The notes under the pieces are model-generated. The model was given only the letters and a program-made list of their open reading frames with translations. It searched no databases and was not told the origin of the DNA. A stretch of DNA of 64,000 bases, taken from NCBI RefSeq assembly GCF_963921235.1, contig NC_086107.1:104532001-104596000 (forward strand), written 5' to 3'. Numbering within the stretch: position 1 is the stretch's first letter; each line of letters starts with the position of its first letter. The stretch is from Mobula hypostoma (lineage: Eukaryota). Below are positions 1-11,660 of this stretch, in pieces. The position numbers and the translations under genes are program-made.

Positions 1-1056
1 GTTGATGCTGCCGGGCCTGCTGAATTCCTCTAGCATTTTGTGTGTGTGTTGCTTTGTATTCTAATAAAGATGTCTCATTCCCACTTATCTGCCTGTCCCC
101 TTGCACCAACGTACACCCTCAGGCATTGAATCAGAATAAGGTTTATTATCACTGGTATGTCTTGTGAAATTTGTTGTTTTGCCATATGTAAAAATGTTAC
201 TATCAATTCCAACAAGAAATATATACAGGACTGTGCAGAAGTTTTAGGTACATCTATATAGCTGGGGTGCCAAGCCCCTTGCACGGTATTGTACTTGTCA
301 GCGTGGAGCGGAGAACGAGTTTCTAAATCTGGTGGGAGCAGAGGATGTTGGTTATGGTGAGGGTGGGGCTTCCTGGGAGGGATGTGGGACAGGTGGTAGA
401 GGAGCACCAGGGGAGAGGATGTGGTGTGGGTGCACACTGAGACAACAGGCAAGGTCACTTAATTCCAAACAGTTAGTTTACTAATCATTACAGAATGTCT
501 CTCCAGTGCTTCCTGCTCCCTCCCCTCTCCGTTCCCCTTTTCCCAACCATGATTTCCCTCTCCCTGCCCCCTTCCCGCTCTCAGTCCACAATAGAGACCC
601 ACATCAGAATCAGGTTTGTCATCACTCATATATGCTATCAAGTTTTGTTTTTGCGACAGCAGTACAGTGCAATACAAAAAATTACTACAGTACTGTGCAA
701 AAGTCTTAGACTATTGTACTGTAAAAATGTGAATTAGTAATAAAAAAGAACAGAAAGAGAGCAAAAGGAGTGAGCTGGTGCTTATGGGTTTGATGTCCAT
801 TCAGAAATCGGATGGCAGAGGGGAAGCTGTTCCTGAAACGCTGAGTGTGTGCCTTCAGGGTCCTGTATCTCCTCTCTGGTAGGGGTTCTTAATGATGGAT
901 GCCGCCTTTTTGAGACATCACCTTTTGAAACTGTCCTCAGTGCTGGGGCAGCTAGTACTTACAACCCTATGCGGCTTTTTCCGATCCTATGGAGTGGAGC
1001 CTCCATACCAGACGGTGGTGCAACCAGTTAGAATGCCCTCCACATTAAAGTAAAGG

Positions 1057-1360
1057 CACCCGTTAGTCTTGCAAGACCATGGATCTGCGCCTGGAAAGTC
1101 TTCACTCTCCAGGGCGCAGGCCTGGGCAAGGTTGTATGGAAGACCAGCAGTTGCCCATGCTGCAAGTCGCCCCTCTCCACGACACCAATATTCTCCAAGG
1201 GAAGGGCATTAGGACCCATACAGCTTGGCACCAGTGTCGTCGCAGAGCAATGTGTGATTAAGTGCCTTGCTCAAGGACACAACACGTTCCCTCGGCTGGG
1301 GCTCGAACTCAGAACCTTCAGGTCACTAGTCCAAAGCCTCAACCACTTGGCCATGTGTCC
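1057..1360 (-). mobile_element. tRNA-derived SINE
   Basis: Minus-strand A box TGGCCAAGTGG and B box GTTCGAGCC followed by the GTGTCCTTGAGCAAGGCACTTAA core seen in fish SINEs. Confidence 0.65.
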
Positions 1361-2339
1361 ACACTACGTCTCCACATTACGTCTATAGAAACTTACTAGA
1401 GTCTTGAGTCTCCTCAAATGCCCAATGAAACTCCTAATCGGCTGCCAGATCCCTTGGTTATTTGTTTCATTCTGTTTCCCAGCTTCCGAACAAACTTTCC
1501 AGCCCCCTAACTTTGTCTCCCTCCCCTCGGGATCTGCAGTCGGCTTCCCATCCTCGTGTTCCCCAGGGTGTAAGCGGCCGGTGGGACAGAACGGGAAGGA
1601 ATGCGTGGAAGAGAGTGAATGTGGAAGTAGAGGAGTGCGGGGGAAGGATAGGAATGGGGGTAAAACTCCAAAGGAGTAAGTAAGTGTGGACGGCCCCTTA
1701 CCAACAGATACAACTTTATTTTCAGTGCAAGGTCGCCACAGCTTCACGGTACATTCATGCGGACCCTGACCCGCCACAGAGCCCAGAGCAACGGCAAGGG
1801 AAGCAACAGACACAGGAGACGGTCAAGACTGTGATCACAAAGACCAGGTGAGGAGCACAGCAACGTGGAGTGTGAAGGAGGTCGTTCAGCCCATCCTGCC
1901 TGTACTGGCCCTTTGAAATAACGCAGTAATGAACCCCATTCTTTATTCTTTTCCCAAAGCCCCATATTTCAGGTACGCATTCCAGTGCTTCTCTGAAAAG
2001 TATCACTGAATGCGCTCCCACTGCCCTTGACACTGTCTGCTGCAAGGAGGACAATCCCTGGGACTTCCTGAGATCCGTGGGCAGTGCCAAGGCCGGGTTG
2101 ATGCATGGCCCCTGTATCAGACAAAAGCCAGGGTCGGTTCATGCCCCCAGTAACCATGCAGTCTGTTTAACTGTGTGCCCATGTGCTAAAGGTGTCAGCA
2201 ACATATTGTGTTTGAAAGTATGGTGGGATGAGGAGAGATGCTGGCACTTATGGGTCAAGTTCAAGTTTAATTAAGATTCAGACATACACACGTATACAGC
2301 TAAATGAAACAGCATTCCTCTGGGCTCAAAGTGAAAAAC

Positions 2340-3140
2340 ACAGTACATAGAATCACTCACATCACATACAGTCACACACATCACATACAGTCACACACAG
2401 TACATACAGTCACTCACATCACATACAGTCACACACGGTACATACAGTCACTCACATCACATACAGTCACACACGGTACATACAGTCACTCACATCACAT
2501 ACAGTCACTCACATCACATACAGTCACTCACATCACATACAGTCACACACGGTACATACAGTCACACACATCACATATAACTGTATAACAATTACAGCAC
2601 AGAAACAAGCCATCTCGGCCCTTCTAGTCCACGCCGAATGCTTACTCTCACCTAGTCCCACCGACCTGCACTCATCCCATAACCCACCATTCCTTTCCTG
2701 TCCATATATCTATCCAATTTAACTTTAAATGACAACATCGAACCTGCCTCAACCACTTCTGCTGGAAGCTCGTTCCATACAGCTACCACTCTCTGAGTAA
2801 ACAAGTTCCCCCATATGTTACCCCTAAACTTTTGCCCTTTAACTCTCAACTCATGTTCTCTTGTTTGAATCTCCCCTACTCTCAATGGAAAAAGCCTATC
2901 CACGTCAACTCTATCTATCCCCCTCATAATTTTAAATACCTCTATCAAGTCCCCCCTCAACCTTCTATGCTCCAAAGAATAAAGACCCAACTTGTTCAAC
3001 CTACAGACACACACATCACATACAGTCACACATGGTATATACAGACAACACACGTCACATACGGTCACACATATCACAATCACACATGGTACGTACAGTC
3101 ACACACATCACATACAGTCACACACCTCACATACAGTCAC
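2340..3140. repeat. about 19-bp minisatellite (cacatcacatacagtca..) split by a CR1 fragment
   Basis: repeated catacagtcac units at 2340-2578 and 3005-3140. Confidence 0.85.
2578..3001 (-). mobile_element. CR1 LINE 3' fragment
   Basis: LGLYSLEHRRLRGDLIEVFKIM...FTQRVVAVWNELP...FKVKLDRYM (CR1 ORF2 C-terminus). Confidence 0.85.
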
Positions 3141-3169
3141 ACACTCTACGTATACTTACAACAGCATGT

Positions 3170-3480
3170 CCAGTCACAGAGTAACATTAGCACAAGCACC
3201 TGGGTGGCATGGCCTGGACATTGATGGTGTACGGGATGGTGCAGTGGAGCCATGTTTCTGTAAGAAAAAGCACACAGCAGTTCCCCATCTCCCACAGCCG
3301 CAGATAAAGACAATCCAGGGAGTGAACACTAGAGAACACGGTGGGGGGGAACACGTGGGGGGCAGGGGTTAGCCAGAAAAGATTCCAGCATGCCCTCTGC
3401 GTCCCTGCTCTCTCCCACACTGCCTCTGCCTGAGTGGCTGCCACAGGCAACAAGATGGAATGACGCCCTGGTCCACGAAA
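3170..3480 (-). mobile_element. Rex/Babar-L2 LINE endonuclease remnant
   Basis: CCVLFLTETWLH motif in ORF 3187..3453. Confidence 0.45.
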
Positions 3481-4892
3481 CAGCCGAGTGAGTGAGCGGA
3501 GCCACCTTTAGTGCATTTCTGCCTTATCACCTGCTTCAAAGGAACATCTCTAATATTTTTCCAAAGTTATTGATTTCAGGCAAAAGTCCAATTTGGCCTT
3601 GTTTGTGTTCCATTTCAGTTTGACCTTCTTCTCTAGTAAATAAATTACTCTTCCCCCTAATCTAATGAATTAATTAATATCTCAGTCTGGCTTTTAGTGG
3701 AGCTCTAGAAACACAGAAAGTTCATTTTCAAACACTCAACAGTGTCTACACACTATACACACCTCCACAGAATTAAGATTTCAGATTCAGATTTGATTAT
3801 CATGTGTATCAAAAACATTCTGTGAATGGCACTCTTTGCATTAAGAGGATGCGCTGGGGGCAGGCCACAAGTGTCGCCACACGTTCCGGGGCCAACGTAA
3901 CCTGCCCACCGTGCTCGGCAGAACTACGCAGAGCACACCCAGTGACAAAGCAACAACAGCAAAGCAGGTCCTGTTCCTCCCTCCCGCCTACCCACGCGCA
4001 AACACAGTCCAATAACCCCAGGAAGGGCCGCTTTCGGCCTCCAGCCCCCAGCGGACGTGGGTTTGCGGGCATTGCGCCTTCCATTTCCCCAGCAGCCTTG
4101 CAGAGATTTGCAGACTCGGGGAGCTCCAGCCATTGGACCTCGACTTCTAGACTTCAATCGACCGCTGGGCTCCAGTTGACCTCAGGGCTTTGATTGACTT
4201 CCGGACTCCAGTCGAACTCCGGACAACAATCGACCTTTAGGCTTTGATCTTCAACGCTGATAGAATCAATGGAGGCTCCCTGATCAACCCACACAACATG
4301 CTGGAGGAATTCAAAGGGCCAGGCAGCATCCATGGAGGAGAATAACCAGTCAACGTTTCCGGCCGAGACTCCCTGCTGCTGCTCTGCGCTTCATGTTTCC
4401 GATGCTAACTCCCTTACCCTGTCCTCTCGGAGAATGTCTGCCACGGAGTATTAGTTGTTTCTATGCTTGGAGTGGCCCCTGTACCCATTGTCACTGATGG
4501 CCAGGGTAGGTTAATGTGCCTGGCGTTTGGGGTGGGGTCATGTGCTGATTGTTAGTGACGTTTAAGATGTTTCCTGTACTGGGTTTTATATTGGATTCTG
4601 TTCGCTGTGAGGTGGAGTCAATACCAGGGCAACCCCTCGTCTAAGGTTTCCCCCTCATCCCAGCTCCATACCCAAGGGCAGCCCTTTTCAGAGAGGAGCT
4701 CACCTCAAGTCCATGACTATCTCTTTGTAATTTTAGTCCTGGGGTAGCAGGGAGCTGGCCCCCCAGTGACCGAGCCACACACCTGGGAGAAGGAGAGAGA
4801 TATCGGATTGTTAGCCTGTCCTTCGCTCTCGCCACTGAAGCCTGCCAGCGCAGAAAAGTTATGGCAGGTAAAATGCGTAGAACTAACAGACA

Positions 4893-5195
4893 AACTCACC
4901 AGCTTCTGGTAAACGGTTACCACTAACCGGCTTCTGTTAACTGGTGACCACTAACCAGCTTCTACTAACTGGTTACTACTAACCAGCTTCTGCTAACTGG
5001 TTACCACTAACCGGCTTCTGTTAACTGGTGACCACTAACTAGCTTCCGACAACTAGTTCCCCCCTGATTGGCTTCTGCTAAACTGGTTCCAGCTAACCAG
5101 CTTCTGTTAACTGGTTTCAGCCAGTCAATTTCGGTTAACTGGTTTTAGCTAACTGACGGTTTTGTAACCAGCATCCACTAACTGGGTTTCCACTG
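4893..5195. repeat. 28-bp tandem repeat of palindromic units
   Basis: about 10 copies of cactaaccagcttctgttaactggttac. Confidence 0.85.
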
Positions 5196-5459
5196 GCCTG
5201 TTTCTGGGGGGGGGGGACCCTTCTCTCCAACACCTCGCTGTGACTGAGCGAGCAGTGGCCCAGGGTGGACAAGGTGCCCAGGTAGTGTGGCTGAAAGCGT
5301 GTTAGCATCCTCGTTCTCCGAAAGATCCAAGGACTTGGAATATGAGAACGTGTTGAGTCTGGTTACACAAAGCCTTTGCGATCCTGCGCGCAGGGGCGGC
5401 CTGACCTTACTGAGTTGATGAGGCCAGTCACTGATTAAAATCCTTTCCAACAAAAACAC

Positions 5460-5900
5460 AAGACCATAGACACAGGAGCAGAACGAGGTCATTCGGCCCA
5501 TCGAATCTGAACATGACTTGATTTATTTTCCCTCGCAACCCCATTCTCTTGCCTTCTCCCCGTAACTTTGACTAATCAAGAACTTGTCGGCCTCTGCTTT
5601 AAATATACCCAGTGATTTGGCCTCCACAACTGTCTACGGTAATGAATTCCGTCCGGCTAAAGAAATTTCGCCCCCGATCTCTGTTCTAAAGGGACATCCT
5701 TCCACTCTGAGGTTGTGCCTTCTGGTCCTAGACTCTCCATTGTAGGAAACACCTTCTCCACATCCACTCTGTCTAGGCCTTTCAATATCTAATAGGCTTC
5801 AACAAAATCCCCCCCTCCCCATTCTTCTAAACCAACGAGTAGAGGTCCAGCGCCATCAAACGCTCCTCGTAATTAACCCTTTCGTTCCCGGGATTATGAG
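5460..5900 (-). mobile_element. CR1 LINE 3' fragment
   Basis: YEERLMALDLYSL and a CR1 3'UTR. Confidence 0.7.
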
Positions 5901-7779
5901 GTTGATTCCGGCAGGTCACTAAGTACAAGGTAGAAAGCAGCAGAAGATAACGACGGGATAAGTGGGGGTAAAAAGGTAGTGAGTGGGTTTTGGAGGCTGT
6001 GAGTGGAAGGGAAGAATCAAACGAGATGTGACGTAGGGGCAAATAGTTCATTTGTGCTCATGTTCCAATTCAGTCTAACATGATGTACCTCATTTTCCTT
6101 CCAGCTAAAACTTTAGCTGAGCTGCAGAAGTGGGATGAGGTGACGGAAAGCCAGAGGGTGACGAACAGAAGGCAGTCTGACAATGGCGAGTCTGATTGGA
6201 AAACGCCGGAAAATGTCCTCATTTTAGCGCAGCACAAAGCGACAGCCAATCCAAACTCAGGGCGCCGCCAAGAATCGGCCAATCCAAATTCAGGACAGGA
6301 GGCCGTTGTTCAGGGAGACAAACAAGCCCCACCAATCCAAGAGCAGCACGTGAGAGGGGGCGGGATCTCAGCCTGGGAGAATGGAACAGCTCTCCGGTCA
6401 GTCTGAACTGGAGCGCAACAGGCAGAATATTCAATAACCCTCAATCCATTTGTGGTGTAGGCTGTTGTCCTGGCCAGGAGAAACTGGTTGGAGAGCAAGC
6501 AGCCTAGAAAGCAAGGCCGCAAATAGCCGGGCTGCGCCGAGGGTGGGCAAGACCATTATTAAGGCTAACACACCTCACTGAATCTGCAAGGGACTAATTG
6601 AATCGCCAGCATCAGGCTCTTCATTGCTTGCTTGTTCTGTTAATCCGCTGCAGGCCGGGCCACCGCCCAAGGTGGATGACACGGCATTAGATCAGCGACG
6701 GGAGAGCGCGAAGGGCATCTGACTCACCCTGAGAGTCAGGACGATGTGGGACTGTTATTTCTGATTTACGTCCCACGGTGACGGAGCAGAGATTAGAACA
6801 GCCCGGATTCGGGAGAAGGTCTGGAGGTCATCTCTGCTTCCGAGAACACTCTTCTCCAGATGTCCTGTTGCTGAATTAAGTTGGAATCCGTCCAGTGCTG
6901 TCACTCTCCCACTCTGGGCTCCCTGTCCAGCAATACCTACAAACAGGGGGTATTACCTTGTACAATCTTCCACCACCTCCTTAACCACCCTACTGCCCCC
7001 ACAGTGGGCAATCACTAACCCTTCACTTCTGGCAGTTTGTGCGGACCGCTGGAGGATCACTGATCCTGAAACCCCTCCGCACCCAACTAGCCAGAGGTTA
7101 GAACTAATCTTACACTAAGCTGGAATTTAAAACAAAAAAAAAATCAATATATTTGAATTAACAGACAACTAAACTCTTTAAACAGAAAACGGCGGAGATC
7201 CTGTGGGAAGAGGGAAAGAGGAGTTTGTGTTTTGGGTTGAGGGCTTTGCGTTGGAATTGGGAAATGTGTGATGATTAAAGAGCACGGGCCAGGTTAACGA
7301 AGGTGAGCAGAGTGTGAAAAGCCAAATGGAGGGGGAGGTTAGGTGAGATTAAGTGACTTTGAAAGATTTGTGTAAAGCGAGGGAGGGTGGCAATGGGATA
7401 AGTGGGAGGGTCGTGGATAGGAACAGAGGAATCGTTACCAGCATTGGTAATCTGAGAAACCATCAAACACAGGAGCTGAATTAGGCCATTCAGCCCATCA
7501 GGTCTGCTCCTCCATTTCATCATGGCTGATTTCTGAACTCCATTCTCCTGCCTTCTCCTTGTAACCTTTGACCCCCTTGCTAATCAAGAAAGTAATAAGA
7601 CAAGAGCAACATTACAGTAAATACAAAATCGTTGAGTCCGTAACAGTGTAATGCTCGTTACTAGCCAGGCCTTTGCTGAGTTCCTCTTCAAGTTTAGGTT
7701 CTGTTTCTAAGGTGGGAGAATGGGAAGCTACAATAACAGACAAACATCAGGGTACAGATGGGGAAAACGGGGTACTGAT

Positions 7780-8620
7780 AGGGAGAATGCATGCGATCTG
7801 TTTACCGGGGTGTGGAATCGAGAGCTAGGTGGCACAAGTTTAAGTTGACGGCGGGGGGGGGGAGTTTAATAAGAGGGGCAACAGTTTCTCCCAGAGGATG
7901 GTCTGAAGTAAACTCGCAGTAGGCAAAGCAATAACTGGTGTTCTGAAGATTTATCTCTAATGCGAAAGGTAACTTAGAGGCAAGGCGTAGTACTAGTGAT
8001 GAGGACGGAGAAAGTGTCGGGGCAATGTGGCTGCCTTGTTCTTTCCAGAGGAAATGGTTGGGGCAGGTACATGGACAACATTGAAAAGTTACTTAGACAG
8101 GTACATGGACAGGGGTTCCCAACCTGGGGTGCACGGACCCCTTAATGGCATTGGTCCATGGAATTGAAAAAAAAGGTTGGGAACCCCTGGTTTAGAGAGA
8201 TATGGGTCAAACACAGGCCTATATACCAGAGGGCATGCATTGAAGATGAGAGGGGGTAGGTTCAAAGGGGGGGTGAGGGGTAAGTTTTTCACTCAGATAG
8301 TGGTGGATGCCTGGAACGCGCTGCCTTCTATGGTGGAGACAAATACTATAGAGGCTTTTATGAGATGTTTGGATAGGCACATGGTTATAAGGAGGATAGA
8401 GGGATATGGACATTATGTAGGTAGGAGGGATTAGTGTTTGGGTGTTTTTCTTTGCTTTTTAGCTGGTTCAGCATAACATTGTGGGCCGAGTGGCCTGTTC
8501 CTGTGCGGCACTGGTCTATGTTCTAAGTCTGACTATCTCAAACGGGCGTCTTGGCCAGCAGGAATGAGATGGGCCGAAGGGTCTGTTTCTGCGCCGTATG
8601 GCTGTTACTCTAAATGAAGC
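7780..8620 (+). mobile_element. stacked CR1 3' fragments
   Basis: RGHALKMRGGRFKGGVRGKFFTQ..WNALP..; CR1 3'UTR ending ctatgttcta. Confidence 0.7.
8110..8189. mobile_element. hAT-type MITE inserted among CR1 fragments
   Basis: 15-bp TIR CAGGGGTTCCCAACC...GGTTGGGAACCCCTG; related copies near 10750-10795, 24590-24652, 46028-46094, 48119-48175; no clear TSD. Confidence 0.7.
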
Positions 8621-9014
8621 AGATCGTCAGTTTAGGATGCCGCCTAGTTTCTCTCTTCAGTTGTTGCCTTAGGGAATGCCTTCCTGAGCTGCTGGTCGTG
8701 TTTTTAAAGAGAGTGCTGTTTGCCGGGGTTGTGCCGGGAGCTGCCGACAGTGACGGGGCAGCTATTACTGCAGGATAGGGCAACCTGCGAGCGGGCCACC
8801 TGCTGCCACCTGCTGCTTGCGGGTCGGAGTTGCAGGTTTGGGAGGTTCAAAAAGCAGCCAGTGACACCAGTGTATCTGCGTTGCTGGAGAAGACTGAACG
8901 GATTGGAGAGCTCACTTCGTGTTTTTAGGAATGCTTTCTATAAGATGATGAGCAGGAGGTGTAGACACCTGGTTGGGTTCTGTAACAGAGCAGACTATAG
9001 CAATAATAAAGTAT

Positions 9015-9400
9015 CCTGCAGGTGCTGGAAATTCAGAACAACACACGCACACAATGCTGGAAGATCTCAGCAGGTTAGGCATGAAGGGAGATAAACAGTC
9101 GACGTTTCGGGCTGTGATCCTTCATCAGGACCGGAAATGAAGGGGGAAGAAGCCAGAATAAGGTGGTGGGAGGAGGGAAAGGCTGCAGGCCAAGGGGTGT
9201 TAGGTGAAATCAGGTGAGGGGGAAGGTGGGTGGGGGAGAGGGAATGCAGTGAGAATCTTGGAGTTGATAGGTGGAAGAGGTAAGGGGCTGACGAAGAAGA
9301 ACACTGATAGGAACGGTGAGTGGTAGTAATATGTTAATTGGCAATAGAAGGTGATTAATAGGCAGACAAGGGGGTGGAGTTGAAAATATCCAGGGCTTGA
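9015..9400 (-). mobile_element. Penelope-like element terminal (pseudo-LTR) fragment with hammerhead motif
   Basis: same family as 36797-37455; hammerhead core at 9096-9133. Confidence 0.7.
9096..9133 (-). ncRNA. minimal type I hammerhead ribozyme motif (Penelope-type)
   Basis: cggtc-CTGATGA-aggatcacagccc-GAAAC-GTC-gactg: catalytic core, GUC cleavage triplet and stem I intact; stem II weakened. Confidence 0.6.
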
Positions 9401-11660
9401 GTTGGGAGGAAATGTTTTTGGTAAGTTTGCAGTCCAATGCAATGAGACAGCAGGATGATAGTGAATAGTTGGGAGAGTTTGAGAATATGTTAGGGATCAT
9501 GAAGCTGATATTGCAGGAAATGCCAACTAATTTCTCAGGGATATTTTCCAAAGGTATTTTGAGTTCAGTTTAATGAGGCTTTTACTGTTCTTTAGGGTTA
9601 GAAATTGGGTTGTGACATAGGGGTATAACATTAATGCTTTAAAGGAAAGAATTTTGAGTAGGCCCTGTTCTTTTGGCTAAATCTACCTTTCCATTGACTA
9701 ATTTTGACCAGAGGTCCTTGGGTATAACCCCTTACCATGGCTAAGTATTGGGGCAAAAGGCTTCCTGTTTCACAGCCAAAGGGTTGTCCTTCACGCCTGG
9801 TATGTGTGGGGCCTCTTTTCTCCCTCTGCCAGCCCCCAGGCCAAGTAATTACCCTGGGAAGATTGTGGAGCAGCCCATGTTATAGGGCTCTTTCTAGGCT
9901 GAAGGGGCTGAAGTCAGTTTCACTCCCAACCACCTGATATCCCTTAATACTGAACACAGCACCAACCTGGAGAAAATGATGCAAAGAGTGGAATGAAATA
10001 GAGATATTTGACTTCAGAGTTCATCGTAAGATCTGTACATTGTATTAAAGAAACTTCTGCTTCACCTCCTGGACAATTTTTAATGTTTGCTCTGTTAGTG
10101 TGGGTGAAAATTCAAAGGTTTAAGGTTCAAAACACATTTATTATCAAAGAATGTATAAATTATACAACCTTGAGATTTGTCTGCTTACAGGCAGTCACAA
10201 AACAAGAAACCCAAAAGAACCCAATTTTAAAAAAAATACCAACCCCAGTGAGCAGAGAAAGTGAAAAAAAAAACACAAATCATGTAAACAACAGAAGCGA
10301 GCAACTATATGAAATCCTTACAACATTTACCACTATACCAATCTTGGTGAATTATTTATTCTTAACATTTGCTTTTGCTCTTACTTTTTCCGTTAAACAT
10401 TTGCTCTTGGGAAGGGGAAGATATTGAAAGGGTGCAATGCCTAGTACTGTACATTCCTAGTCACCAAGGTGATAATGGTAGGGCTGCACCTTGCGCTTGT
10501 CCATTCCATTGACAGGCAAAATATCAAGTTGGCAACGACAGGACATTAACCCAAGAGCAATGAAGACCAGAGATATATAACTTGCATTCTTGAGGTTTCT
10601 TTTTATAGTTTAAGATCATGTATTTGTTTATTATTTATTTAGAGATATGGCATGGTAACATTTGTGATGCAGAATTATCTTTGGGAATCAAAGCAAAAGA
10701 CAGTCGACAGCAACTGTTCCTGCTATTTCCTATGCAGAGTCACTAGATCAGGGTTTTATGCCATGAACCAATACCATTAAGTTGGGAACCCCTGGCCTAG
10801 AGTATGGAGGCTGGAGAGCAGCTTCGTATGAGGTACAATGTTTGCCAGTTCAACCACATACAGTGAAACACATCGTAGGTAGAAGGCTGAGCTTAAACAC
10901 AAGAAAATGTGCAGTTGCTGGAAATCCAGAGCAACACTCACAAAATGCTGGAGGAACTCAGTAAGTCAGGCAGCTTTTTCAAGATTGGAAAGGAAGTGGG
11001 GGGGGTGGAGAGAGGACAGGGAGGATCGCTAGAAGGTGATAGGTGAAGCCAGGTGGGTAGGGAAGAAGAAGGGCTGGAGAGGAAGGAATCTGATAGGAGA
11101 GGGAGAAAGGGAAGGAGGAGGGGACTGGGCTGGGTTGGGGGGGGTGATAGACAAGTAGGAAGAGGTAAGAGGGTAGAGTAGGGTTGAAGGCTGAGTATGC
11201 TTCAACCCTGAAAACAGGTCCAATCTCTAGTGAAGAGTCTGAGAGACATCTTCTACATGGTATATGTTCCTTCCTTTTCTCTCTAAAAGGTCACTTCCCT
11301 CCTGATCATCACTTTCTCTGCACTTTCCCTCATTCTTGGGTTTCGACATCCCCGTTCTTTTTCCATTCCCACCCCAGAGCCCCCGCCAACCATTTCTCAA
11401 CCCTCTTCTCACTTCACCAGGGTTTACTGCTTTACCTGTGCAGCCCACGTCCTTTTATCTACTCTTGCTCCAAGGCATTGATCCTCTCTGCAAACCCCAC
11501 AGTCCTCTGAAACCTCACTTCAAAACCAAACCACAACGCCTGCTCTCAGTTCAACAATCTATTCCCCGGCGTCTCTGTTCTCCATTGGAAATGCTACTGA
11601 TTCTTAACTTCATGGATATTAGATGATTTGATCTTGGGCACTATTTTTCGTCAGTTAGTG

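Noticed and set aside
1290-1360. tRNA gene
   Set aside because: A and B boxes belong to a SINE head; no full cloverleaf, and SINE body sequence follows
2304-3372. His/Thr-rich ORFs
   Set aside because: Translation products of the CA-rich minisatellite
4893-5195. CRISPR array (palindromic 28-bp repeats)
   Set aside because: Units are contiguous with no unique spacers, there are no cas genes, and the context is vertebrate
9537-9944. DNA transposon with AGGGATAT termini
   Set aside because: Only an 8-bp inverted match and no matching TSD
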